Part shown: positions 1 through 11,372 of the stretch, piece after piece
Layout: every line of letters starts with the position of its first letter
Position numbering within the stretch: the stretch's first letter is position 1
Source of the DNA: Eledone cirrhosa
Lineage: Eukaryota
Length of the DNA: 64,000 nucleotides
Reading direction: 5' to 3'
Assembly (NCBI GenBank): GCA_964016885.1
Contig: OZ024742.1
Coordinates: forward strand, 147,126,001-147,190,000
Made by a program: the position numbers and the translations under genes
The notes under the pieces: generated by a model
Database searches by the model: none
Told to the model about the DNA's origin: nothing
What the model saw: the letters and a program-made list of their open reading frames with translations, nothing else

Positions 1-337
1 TCTAGCACTTTATCATCCTTAAACATCATATGTCCATACCAATAGTGGTCATGTTGGTGACACGACTAAAAGCATCCAGTCCTGTAAGGTGGTCGTGCTG
101 GTGATATGTTAAAAAAGCACCCAGCCCACCTAGTTAGATAGTCATTTTGGTGTCATGATAAAAAGCACCCAGTCCACAATGTAATGTGGTTGGTGTTAGG
201 AAGGGCATCCAGTCATAGAAAGCAAGCCAAAATACAGATCCATATGAGCAAAACATGATCACCTGACCTGACTTGTTTTATAACATGACAACCCATCTAA
301 CCTTGCATGTGCAGAAAAATGGATGTATGATGATGAT
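1..337 (+). mobile_element. Degenerate RTE 3'UTR or SINE tail with about four tandem modules and a (GAT)n end
   Basis: Repeated aaaaagcacccagtccac...gtggtc modules, ggtgttaggaagggcatccag and a tgatgatgat tail, matching the RTE 3'UTR at 3600-3850. Confidence 0.75.
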
Positions 338-880
338 ACACACACATATATGCTCAATACCTCCCCCATCATAAGTTCTCAAGGTGACGAAGACAGGCAC
401 CAGTATGACAAGACCAAGGCCCCACCTCCTAGGCATTGAAGGTCTGTGACTGCTCCAGCCTATACTATGCTTTCTTAGTGATAAAACAACAGAAGAGGTG
501 GTATTTCATTTTTGTAGATGCACACTATACTCTAATTGCCACAACAAAGGGTATGCTGTATGTACGTGGCTGCAAGAAGTTGATGTCCTGAAAAAAGTTC
601 CTACACAGATTTTATTGTGACAAACACTTATGTAACATGAGAGCCACTTTCTAAAGGTCATAAACAGTTAAGCTAGCAACAAGCAAAAACAATGCAAGAT
701 GGCCAGAGACTACAAACACCAAGTATCTCAAATAAGAATATCTTCCTGTGGTGTGTATTTAGAATAAACATGTAAATACATGTGTATATGCACAAAAGTA
801 TATACATAAACACTATTGAATGGCTGTTGACTCAACTTCCTCCACATGGTGACAAATTCTGTTTTTTTATCCTGTAAGTG

Positions 881-1000
881 AAGGCACATGGCTTAGTGGT
901 TAGAGAGTTGGATTCACAATCGAGAGGCTGCCAGTTCAATTCTTGGACCAAGTGATACGTTGTGTCCTTGAGCAAGACACTTTATTTCATGTTACTCTTT
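881..1000 (+). mobile_element. tRNA-derived SINE head and core
   Basis: aaggcacatggcttagtggttag (Pol III A box), agttcaattc (B box) and core gtccttgagcaagacactttatttca shared with 44956-45300. Confidence 0.75.
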
Positions 1001-1493
1001 CTGCCAGGAGTTGCAACCGGTAGATAGTATTAGCAATGGAAAAACCAATGAAAACTGTTTCCTTGGTCCAATTTGACGGGGTCCACCCACTTAGCAAGTG
1101 AATAAGGTCTGGGATCTTGTCAATCGATTAGAGCAATCCTGTAAGGTGTCCAAAAATCACCCTCGTTGAATGGTATGAGTGGTGGCATTAATAGCAGCTG
1201 TTAATGAAGAGTCACACAGAGGATAAAAAATGATTCTAGCAACAGATGGTGAGGGAGGTTGATTGTTAACAGTAGTGGATGCATTTTGGACAAATCAAAT
1301 GTTATGAAAAAGTTGTGGAGATGGAAGAGGAAATAGAGAAATCAATGGGGGTGATAGTGAGAGAGAGATAACTGGCAATAATGAAAATAAGGACAATTGA
1401 ATAATGATAATAGAATAATAATTACATGTAAATTGTTTGGTTGTGTCCTATGATGAAATGAAAAACCAAAATGGAAACAACAAAACATCAGCA

Positions 1494-1682
1494 CTGTACC
1501 TTAGTTTCTGTTTATAAGCTGCTACATACACCAGTTGGTGTATATATACACTGCTACACACTGCTATATACCTCAGTTAGTGTATATACACTGCTACATA
1601 CCTTAGTCTGCTATGTACCTTGATCTGTGTATATACACTGCTACATATCTTGGTCTGTGTATATATACTGCTACATACCTTC

Positions 1683-1714
<32 letters not shown>

Positions 1715-1947
1715 TGCTACATACCTTGGTCTGTGTATATATTACTACATACGTTGGTATGTAGTAATATATATATACACTGCTACATATCTTGGTCTGT
1801 ATATATATATATATACACACACACACTGCTACGCACCTTGGTATGTATATACACTGCTACATACCTTAGTGTATATATCACTACATACTTTGGTATGTAT
1901 ATACACACTGCTACGTACCTTAGTTTGAATGTATGTGTATATATATA
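1494..1947 (+). repeat. Minisatellite, unit about 30-34 bp (tatatacactgctacataccttggtatgtg)
   Basis: About a dozen visible copies of cactgctacata...ttgg. Confidence 0.9.
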
Positions 1948-3850
1948 CTGACCCCAAGTGGACCCTATAGAGGGGCCAACAGTACAAGTCAGCAGCAGCG
2001 TAGTAAGTAAGGCAATCAAAGATATGAAGACAGGGTATAGCTGCTGAGATGATGAAGGCATCTGAGTCTGTAGGTCAAACCATAACCACACGTATTGTTA
2101 ATCAGGTAATACTAGAGGGTGTCATACCAAGGGATTGGCGCAGCAACATCATTGTCAACTGCTACAAAGGTAAAGGTGATGCACTAGATAGAGGAAACTA
2201 TAGAGGTATAAAGCTGATGGACCAGTCATGAAAGGAACAGAAAGCATTATAGCACAGTTGATTAGGGCTTGTACCAGAAAAAATTGGGCTTGTACCAGGA
2301 AAAGGCACCACTCATGCCCTCTTCCTTGTGAGGCAGTTACAGGAAAAGTACTTAGCTAAAAGTAAGTCGCTCTACCTGGCATTCGTCGATCTGGAAAACT
2401 AGGAGTAGATGAATGGCTTGTGAAAGCTGTACAAGCCATGTATAGGGGAGCAGTCAGCAAAGTTAGGATTAGCAATGAGTATAACGAGGAATTTAGCATA
2501 CAGGTCAGTGTCCACCAGGGCTCTGTTCTTAGCCCTCTCCTGTTCATCATAGTCCTGCAGGCAATAATGGAGGAGTTTAAGACCGGATGCCCATGGGAAC
2601 TCCTGTATGCAGATAACCTCGCACTTATAGCTGAATCTATGGTAGAACTAAAGAAATTCCAAACTTGGAAGCAGGGACTAGAAAGAAAGGGTCTCAAAGT
2701 CAACATGACAAAGACTAAGGTCTTTGTAAGTAGACGAGAGAACAGAACCCAGATCCCCTCAGGGAAATGGCCTTGCTCAGTATGTAGGAAAGGTGTAGGT
2801 AGGAACTCCATTCTCTGCCCCAAATGCAAACAATGGGTACACAAGAGATGTAGCGGGATCTCAGGAAGCTTAATTAAGAATGTAGGCTTCACATGTAGCA
2901 GCTGTGCTGGGGCAGCAAGCAGCAAACAGCCACAGGAAACAAGTACCACCAATCTCTGGGAGGGCTCTGTAGAAACAGTAGACAGCTTCTGCTACCTAGG
3001 TGACCGAATTAGCAGCGGAGGTGGGTGTTCAGAAAGTACAATAACTAGGGTAAGAACGGGATGGAAGAAGTTCAGGGAGCTACTGCCACTGCTAGCTGCA
3101 AAAGGCTTTTCCCTCCAAATGAAAGGCAGACTGTATGATACATGTATACGAATATCAATGTTACATGGTAGTAAGACCTGGGTGCTGAATGTAGAAGACT
3201 TGCGTAGATTAGAAAGAAACAAAGCCTGCATGCTCCGATGGATGTGTAATAGTAATATACGCAAACGGCAAAGAATAAATGAATTGAGAGAGAGACTGAG
3301 CATAAGAGGAATCAAATGCTGTGTGCAGGAGAGGCGGTTGTGTTGGTATGGACATGTGATGCGTATGAAGGATGACAGCTGCATAAAAAGGTGCAGAGCA
3401 GTAGAAGTCAATAGAAAGCGCGGAGTCGGGAGACCCAAGAAGACCTGGGATGAGGTGATAAAAGCCGACCTTACCCAATTGCACCTCTCAAAGGCGATGA
3501 CAACGACCGTGACCTCTGGCATCATGCAGTAATGCAGAGTACCCAACCTCCCATGGGTACAAGCCAAAGCTGAAGCATATAGACAATATGCCCCCACACC
3601 TCCCACTGCAAAAAAGCACCCAGCCCACACTGTAAAGTGAACGTGTAGGCGCCACGGAAAAAAGCACCCAGCACTCACTCTAAATGAGATTGGTGTTAGG
3701 AAGGGCATCCAGCTGTAGAAATCAAGCCAAAATCAGTTCCTCTATGAGCAAGGCATGGTCAGCCGACCAGACACTGCCCACAACAGGACAACCCGTCTAA
3801 ACCATGCTAGCATGGAAGAACGGACATAAAACAGTGATGATGATGATGAT
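1948..3850 (+). mobile_element. 5'-truncated RTE-clade LINE, subfamily A (RT pseudogene plus 3'UTR)
   Basis: KGKGDALDRGNYRGIKL, VHQGSVLSPLLF, LLYADN, FCYLG and WYGHVMR motifs; stops, frameshifts and small deletions; (GAT)n tail at 3835-3850. Confidence 0.95.
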
Positions 3851-4262
3851 ACATACCAAGGTCTGTAGAAGTGTATATATATACATACCAAGGTATGTAG
3901 CAGTGTATATATACACATCAAAGTATATATACATACCAAGGTATGTAGAAGTGTATATATACAAACCAAGGTATGTAGCAGTGTATATACACATACCAAA
4001 ATATGTAGTAGTGTATATACACATACTAAAATATGTAGCAGTGTTTATACACATACCAAAATATGTGGCAGTATATATATATATACATACCAAGATATGT
4101 AGCAGTATATATATATATATACATACCAAGATATGTAGCAGTGTATATATATACATACCAAGATATGTAGCAGTGTATATATATACATACCAAGATATGT
4201 AGCAGTGTATATATATACATACCAAGCTATGTAGCAGTTTATATACACAGACTAAAATATAT
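3851..4262 (-). repeat. Same minisatellite as 1494-1947, in inverted orientation
   Basis: Unit acataccaaggtatgtagcagtgtatata is the reverse complement of the left array unit. Confidence 0.9.
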
Positions 4263-4264
4263 AG

Positions 4265-4299
<35 letters not shown>

Positions 4300-4333
4300 C
4301 ACATTCTTTCTGACTTGACCACTGCCACATCAC

Positions 4334-4772
4334 AATTCTTAGCCATTGTGAATTCGTTTCTGGCGGGGATCACTTTAGAAAATTATTTGTCCTAACGAGT
4401 TTGTTTCCTGATGAGTTCGAAGCTCGAGATTTTATCCTTAATAGGATATTTCCAAATGCGAACGAAACCCGAGGGTAGAAACATAATCCTGGTAGGTGTA
4501 TATGCATTTCGTCTAACTTTAATTTTATACCTAATTGTGTATGGTTGACGGTATATTTAATCGATTTCCACGTGCTGTTGAAATGTTGGGTAAATATTCT
4601 ATGGCGGTTGGCCGCGAGAGATTGCTGTCATTTATTTATCTACTATTTCTTCATAGGTGCTTTTAATCTTATAGACTGGTCTAATTGATTTTTTGTGTGG
4701 TTAATTATGCTAATTGGGAGAGGAAATGGTGTATATATATATTATCAAATGATTCTATGGACATACTTTATA

Positions 4773-4808
<36 letters not shown>

Positions 4809-5245
4809 TATAAAGTATATGTCCATAGAATCATTTGATAATATATATATACACCATTTCCTCTCCCAATTAGCATAATTAACCTCACAAAAAATCAATT
4901 AGACCAGTCTATAAGATTAAAAGCACCTATGAAGAAATAGTAGATAAATAAATGACAGCAATCTCTCGCGGCCAACCGCCATAGAATATTTACCCAACAT
5001 TTCAACAGCACGTGGAAATCGATTAAATAGACCGTCAACCATACACAATTAGGTATAAAATTAAAGTTAGAAGAAATGCATATACACCTACCAGGATTAT
5101 GTTTCTACCCTCGGGTTTCGTTCGCATTTGGAAATATCCTATTAAGGATAAAATCTCGAGCTTCGAACTCATCAGGAAACAAACTCGTTTGGACAAATAA
5201 TTTTCTAAAGTGATCCCCGCCAGAAACGAATTCACAATGGCTAAG

Positions 5246-5249
<4 letters not shown>
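4334..5249. repeat. 916-bp near-perfect palindrome (arms 4334-4773 and 4808-5249) with a (TA)17 centre; arm is probably a degraded Penelope-like 3' region
   Basis: Arms are reverse complements with about 4 substitutions and a 2-bp indel; right arm translates YTIRYKIKVRRNAYTPTR...RNEFTMAK, resembling the C-terminus after the PLE GIY-YIG domain. Confidence 0.9.
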
Positions 5250-5294
<45 letters not shown>

Positions 5295-5350
5295 CACAGA
5301 CTAAGGTATGTAGAAGTGTGCGTGTGTGTGTTCATTTTATTAAGACTTGT

Positions 5351-5400
5351 TTTTGTCTGATGACCCTGTGATAAACAAGTGAAACTTTAGAGTAACAAGA
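5351..5400 (+). ncRNA. Minimal type I hammerhead ribozyme of the Penelope-associated kind
   Basis: CUGAUGA 5357-5363, GAAA 5381-5384, near-palindromic stem III CUUUAGAG, GUA site (cut after 5394), stem I UUUUGU/ACAAGA; stem II imperfect. Confidence 0.7.
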
Positions 5401-5482
5401 CTCACTACCTTGCCTTGATAAAATGAATATTAAAACTCTACTTTAGTATCGAGTACTTTTCTCTCAGCCGTCAACCACATAC

Positions 5483-5518
<36 letters not shown>

Positions 5519-5817
5519 CAGACAGATATATTGAGAAGATTACAGGATGTCAACCCATTTTCCAACAATGTTGTTGGTTGTCATGAATTTCATTCAATCC
5601 TTCCAAGTTGACATGTTAGAGTTAAAAATGAAGTTTTAAAATATATTATTTGTACAAGACAGCAAATAATTAATTAAATAAAACAAGACAAATTAGATGG
5701 AATGTTTTAAGCAAAAAAAAAAAAGACAAGTTAGATGGAATTTTTTAAATATTTCTAATGTAGCAAGGTAGAGAGAGTGTCATAGTCAAAACGTCTGTTT
5801 ACTAGATCAATAGACAT

Positions 5818-5995
5818 TCCACTGACATGTACCATCAATGTAGTTCTCAGGGAGATTCAACAGGAGACAGTATATGATAAGGCTGACCCTTTGAATTGCA
5901 AGTACAACTCGTTTTTTCCAGCCGAGTGAACTGGAGCAATGCAGAATAATGTCTTACTCAAAAACACATGTCGTCAAGAATTGAACTTACAACTA
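5818..5995 (-). mobile_element. Degenerate tRNA-SINE (core and tail)
   Basis: ccagccgagtgaactggagcaatg is the reverse complement of the shared core cattgctccagt.cactcagctg. Confidence 0.55.
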
Positions 5996-6029
5996 TGATC
6001 ATAACCCAATCTATACATAAAAACATGTA

Positions 6030-6230
6030 ACCTTGTGGTTAGAGTGCTGGACTCCTAATCATAAAATCATGGGTTCAATTCCTGAACCAGGCAATGAGTT
6101 ATGTTTTTGAGCATGACACTTCATTTCACATTGCTTTTTGTGATATGACTGGGGCCCCTGTCATTTAAACACCCGAGAATCCTATGAATGCAGCCTTGTA
6201 AGAGGCTTGCTAAATCAGTGTGAGGAGTAA
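6030..6230 (+). mobile_element. tRNA-SINE with ggcccct...aaacacc.agaa tail (relatives at about 33845-34060, 42560-42835, 46120-46320, 47440-47595)
   Basis: gtggttagagtg...ggttcaattcc head, shared core and shared tail among copies. Confidence 0.65.
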
Positions 6231-6268
6231 ATTTCCTTTTTCATTTCATTTTATAGATATATATATAA

Positions 6269-6372
6269 TCCCACCGAGGTTAACTTTGCCTTTCATCCTT
6301 ATGGGGTCGATAAAATAAAGTACCAGTAATACACTGGGTAATTGCTGGCCTTGTGCCAAAAGTAGAAACAAT
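6269..6372 (+). mobile_element. SINE 3' part with Nin/Deu-like core (second copy about 6515-6705)
   Basis: tttgcctttcatccttatggggtcgataaaataaagtaccag; near-identical reverse complement at 39376-39480. Confidence 0.7.
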
Positions 6373-7263
6373 TATATATATATATATATATATAAAAGCA
6401 TAAAATACATATCTAACCCTTTTGTGGCCATATTCCTAATGGAATAAACTGAGTGTGTTTCAATTAATATTTTAAATGATTTTCTGAAATAACTTTTTTT
6501 CTATTATTAATTTAAGGTGGTGGAGTGGCAGAATTGTTGGCGCATCAGACAAAATACGAACTGGCATCTAATTTTTTACATTCAAATCCCACTAAAGTCA
6601 ACTTTACCTTACATCCTTTTGGGGTCGATAAATTACCAATCAAGTACTGTGTTGATATAATTGGCTTCCTCTCACAGAGGAAATTACTGGCCTTGTGCAT
6701 AAATTTTTAAAAAAAACATGATATTTGCAACATAACAGGTTCTTATATAAAAATATATGTTGGAAGTTTTTAATTTGAACAAAAACCCTTTAAAATGAGC
6801 TGTTTTGATACCAAAAGCTTAATTTTTTTCTTGTATGTGTCCATATTTAGGTCAACTTGGATCTACATGCAATATGTTTATGCATATATACATGTAAATA
6901 TATGCATGTCTATAAGCATATGCATGCATATATGCAATCACATGTATATGGACTAGTGTAAGTGCTTGTACAAATGTAAGGAAAGAGATGGAAATAGAAA
7001 GATATAGTGAAAGAGAGAAAAAGCATCAAAAGACAATTTGTATCTTCCTGTAATGTTTTACTATTTCTGTAATATGTATGATATAATATGTAACTATGTA
7101 ATATATTTTAGTATGTTTTTGCAATATATATGTATTACAATATATTATTATGTAATACCTTTTACTATGTTCCTGTAATACCAAGTTTGGACCATGCATA
7201 ATTTACAAGAATTTAACAAACAGAATTGGAAATTAAATATATATATTGAGATTGTTTTAACCA

Positions 7264-7294
<31 letters not shown>

Positions 7295-7306
7295 TAAAAT
7301 TCTTAC

Positions 7307-7578
7307 CTTTCCTGAATTTTGCGCCTAAAATGGTTATCATGCCTGTAACAGAATGGTGGTGACTTCAGAGAGGTTTGCCAATCATAAGGCAGTGGTGACA
7401 CAGACCTCCTGGTTAAGGAACCACTCTCGCAGTGTGTACCATAGGACATAGCTCTCCTTTGAAGTGGCGGAGAAAAACTTCGTTGTAGCAGTGTAGGTGA
7501 CATAGGTTGTTGTGGGGCCATTGGTGGCATTTGTGTGAAACTTAAAGCTGATGGGATATTTGGGTAGGAATAACATGT
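7307..7578 (-). CDS. Putative internal coding exon of a host gene (Ser/Pro-rich, TCYSYPNIP...FRRKIQE)
   Basis: Non-repetitive open frame with higher GC; acceptor ...aaccatccag and strong donor AAG/gtaaga at 7306; 272 nt, phase 0 to 2; an alternative acceptor at 7626 is possible. Confidence 0.7.
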
Positions 7579-8027
7579 CTGGATGGTTAAATTTGGAAAC
7601 ATCAGGAAGATGTTATAAAGAATATCTAATTTATTATATTAATCTTAAACTAGTGTTTAATCCTTTTTTCTTACTATAATTCAAATAAAAGACAGTCTAT
7701 GATTTTCAAATAACTTTGAAAATAATAAAAAATTTGGAGGGAGTTAGTAAAATAACTAACTTTCTCATTATTAAGTTGCTGTTTAAAACAAAGATTATTA
7801 TATTTAAAATAATACTATGATAGAATGTTTTTAGATAAATACAACTATTTTAAAACAAACAGCTTTGTTTGGTATAAAAAGGGTTAAGAGCATTTCTTGA
7901 TAAAATTCACTTATAAAATGTTTTTCTTGAAAGAATCATTTTCAGGTCTACAGTTGTTAATAAATACTTATGAAAGGGCAAGCAAGTTGTCTGTACGTGT
8001 GTTAAGTTATGTCAACTTCCCACTAAC

Positions 8028-8132
8028 AATGACAGAGGCTGTTCTACTAAGCTGTTGTTCAGTGTGGTTGCCACCCCACACCATCATTAGTGGTGCTGCT
8101 GCTGGTGGTGCTAGTGTGTTACACCAGTTCCA
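8028..8132 (-). CDS. Putative upstream coding exon of the same gene (WNWCNTLAPPAAAPLMMVWGGNHTEQQLSRTASVI)
   Basis: Acceptor ttcttttcag and donor gttagt; 105 nt, only one open frame, phase 0/0, compatible with exon 7578-7307. Confidence 0.55.
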
Positions 8133-9589
8133 CTGAAAAGAACTAGGCTACTAGTAGTGATAGAACAGTAACAAACAGTAACTTTCAGCTACTGATGTCA
8201 TAACAATAATTCTCTCCTACAGCCACCAATAATAAATAAATAACTTTCTCAACTGTATGTGTATATGTGGTAGTAAGCGGGTTTGCCAGTAGATCTAGAT
8301 AGAAAATATAACTATACAAACTTTACAGTCATTCACTTACTTGCTTGCTTCTTATATTCAAAACAATACCAAAAGTAGAGCATTTACCTGTGTGTGTGTA
8401 CGTAAGTGTGTGTGTGCATGATGGATTTACACGAGTACGCTGTTACATGAAGCAGATTTGTTTTACATACATACATATACATAATGTGTTTATCATATAT
8501 TTTGTGAACAATAGTACCACTGGTTATATAGGTTTCCATTTCCAATGGGAGGGGATGGACAGGGTAAAGTTGGCATATACATGAAGAGATAAGTTAGGTT
8601 GGTTATGCTTCAGTTTTTTTTCTTTTTTGCTATTGTTTACTGAAGGAAGGATGGGCAGTGACCATGCCTTCTTTCAAGGCCTCTAAGAATGGTGAGAAAG
8701 AGAGACTGGTGTAAATAATTAACTATTACAGAGTAACCACAATGGCTTGAGAAAAATATTAAGGATTAAACAAATGTAAACATTAGTCTAATATATATGA
8801 CAACATGATTTTTTAAAAAAGATCCCAAATCTTTTCACTTTATATAAGAAAACAAATATCAAGTTTAAGTTTGTATTTCCTTTTTACTGTTTAGTCAGAA
8901 AGAGAAAACCAGTGCCCAGTAACCCTTTTCAGAATGCAGAGAGCCATACTAAAATACCACAAGGGATCGTGCCCGATGCTCTAACAATTCTGCCCATCCA
9001 CCACCATAGATTGGCAATTAGTCACTAGAAGAATGAATTATTTCAAATTTTAGCAACATCTTTAATTTAGTACAAAATAATTAGATTTTAATGTGTGAAA
9101 TATTTTTCATTCCTTTTCTCCAACTGAAGATTCAAAAGACACAAAGAACTGAAACAATCTTCTTAATCAGTATTTCTGCTTACAGAACATCATTAACAGA
9201 TTTCTTCCATTTATCCCCTATTCATTGGCATCGCATTGAGTTCTGTCGATGATTGCCATTAAGACCATTTTAAAATATGGTCCCCTCTATCTTATATAGG
9301 GTGTTTTCAGTATACTCACCTGACAGATTTCAGAGAGACCACAAAATGAGCATGTTATGTGGCCATACAGTTTGAGAAAGTTGCTTTTAATTTTATTAAA
9401 AATTGGTTGTTGTTGAGTTATTTCTGGAAGATGTAATATTTTAACTGTTACATGTTTATCTGTAATAAATCTCATGACATGATGTTGAAATACCTTGATT
9501 GAAGTTGTTTTACAGATCAAGTGATAAAATTTAATCCAACAGAGTGCCCTACCATAAAAAAAAACTGAAACATTACCATATCGAACATC

Positions 9590-9769
9590 TACTGTTAGAT
9601 ATTCCACCACCACAATACCATACATATATCAACTGTTCGATATTCCATCACTATAACTTCATATATTTACAACTAGATAGTAGACCACAACTTCATATAT
9701 TTAGAGCTAGATATCATACAAGAACATCATATATATACAGCTAGATATTATACCAGAACATCAGAACAT

Positions 9770-9810
<41 letters not shown>

Positions 9811-10040
9811 CCAGAACATCATATATATATACAGCTAAATATTATACCACAATACCATATATCTACAGCTAGATGTTATACCAGAACATCATGTATATAT
9901 ATACTGCTAAATATACCACACCGCCATATACCTTCAGCTAAATATTATACCAGAATACCATATATCGACTACTAGATATTTCACCACAATACCATACAGC
10001 GACTCTGGCTATTTCACTTCAACATCATATATCTAAGCAA
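9590..10040 (+). repeat. Degenerate minisatellite, unit about 33 bp (agctagatattataccagaacatcatatatatac)
   Basis: More than ten recognisable copies. Confidence 0.85.
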
Positions 10041-10344
10041 CTTATCTCTCCACCATAGTTGGCTATTCCTAGCAATCAAAAGAAATGTTTTTCAAACCAA
10101 CACCTGTATACAAATTCTTTGATAATGCCAGACTACTGCTGATAGATGTTCAACCTTTAAGAACTATATGCTCACTGTTTTGTTATCAGGAGTATAAATA
10201 TCATCAAGTGTTGTTTAACCCCAGGTCAAACCTGATTCAGACAGACCTATGATGAAAAGCATTCTAGCTATGACCAAAAACATTAAACGAAGTGGAAAAT
10301 AGAGAACAATGGTGAAAGAGAAGAGCCCCAAAACCAAGGGGAGA

Positions 10345-10445
10345 TAATTTATGAACCAAGCCATTTTCGATAGGGAAGCCTCCTACTATAATAAAGCCTT
10401 ATGCTATAGCAGCTTCTTCGAGAATATTTCCTACACTCCAGGCCA
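10345..10445 (+). mobile_element. Penelope-like RT C-terminal fragment
   Basis: IFDREASYYNKALCYSSFFENISY resembles the PLE motif IFxxAAxYYNxALxxSGYxExxxY. Confidence 0.55.
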
Positions 10446-10454
10446 CTGCCCAAA

Positions 10455-11372
10455 TACAGACTGTACGATGCATGTATACAAGCAACAATGTTGCATGGTA
10501 GTGAAGCCTGGGTGCTGTGTGCAGAGGACTTATGAAAATTGGAAAGAAATGAAGCTTGAATGCTTCAATGGATGTGTAATAGTAATGTAGGTTAACAGCA
10601 AAGCATAAACGAACTGAGAGAGAAACTAGACATAAGAGGAATCAGATGCAGTGTGCAGGAGGATGAGATTGCGTTGGTTTGGACATGTGATGCATATGAA
10701 GGATGACAACTGTATAAAAAGATGCAGAACGCTTAAAGTTGATGGAAGCTATGGAGTAGGAAGACCCAGGAAGACTTGGGATAAGGTGATAAAAGCTGAC
10801 CTTGCACAATTGCACTTCTCAAAAGCGATGACACGGGACCGGGATCACTGGCATTATGCAGTAATACAGAAGACCTGCCTTCCCATGAGTACCAGCTGAA
10901 GCATATATATATAGTATTCACCTCCACCACCTCCCATGAGCACAGGCTGAAACATACATCTGGTATTCATCACCTTCAACTTCATCCACACACCTCCCAT
11001 GTCTTAACACTGCCCCTCACACACACCCATATAGCCACCTCTCTAATCCCCACACACTCTTCCCACCAAAACCCCCAGCCCACATTGTAAAGTGGTCATG
11101 ATGGCAACATGACAAAGAGCGCCCAGTCCACAGTGTAAGGTGGTCATGTAGGTGTCACGAAAAAAAGCATCCAGCCCACACTGTAAAGTGGTCTTGTAGG
11201 TATCACAACAAAAAGCACCCAGTACTCACTGTGTGGTTGGCATTAGGAAGAGCATCTAGCCATAATCTATTCTGTATGAGCAAGATATGGTTATCCGACC
11301 TAAACTTGCCTCAGATAGGACAAACCATCTAACCTATACTAGCATGGAAAATTTACATTAAATGATGATGAT
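10455..11372 (+). mobile_element. Older 3' RTE fragment with 3'UTR
   Basis: LRWFGHVMHMKDDNCIKRC and GRPRKTWD motifs; four UTR modules; gatgatgat tail. Confidence 0.9.

Noticed and set aside
1494-4262. CRISPR-like appearance of the regular 30-40-bp repeats (also 9590-10040 and 45320-45950)
   Set aside because: No unique spacers, no cas genes, eukaryotic context; these are minisatellites
4404-4450. Second hammerhead-like string ctgatgag...ctcgaga
   Set aside because: GAGA instead of GAAA and no credible stems I or III
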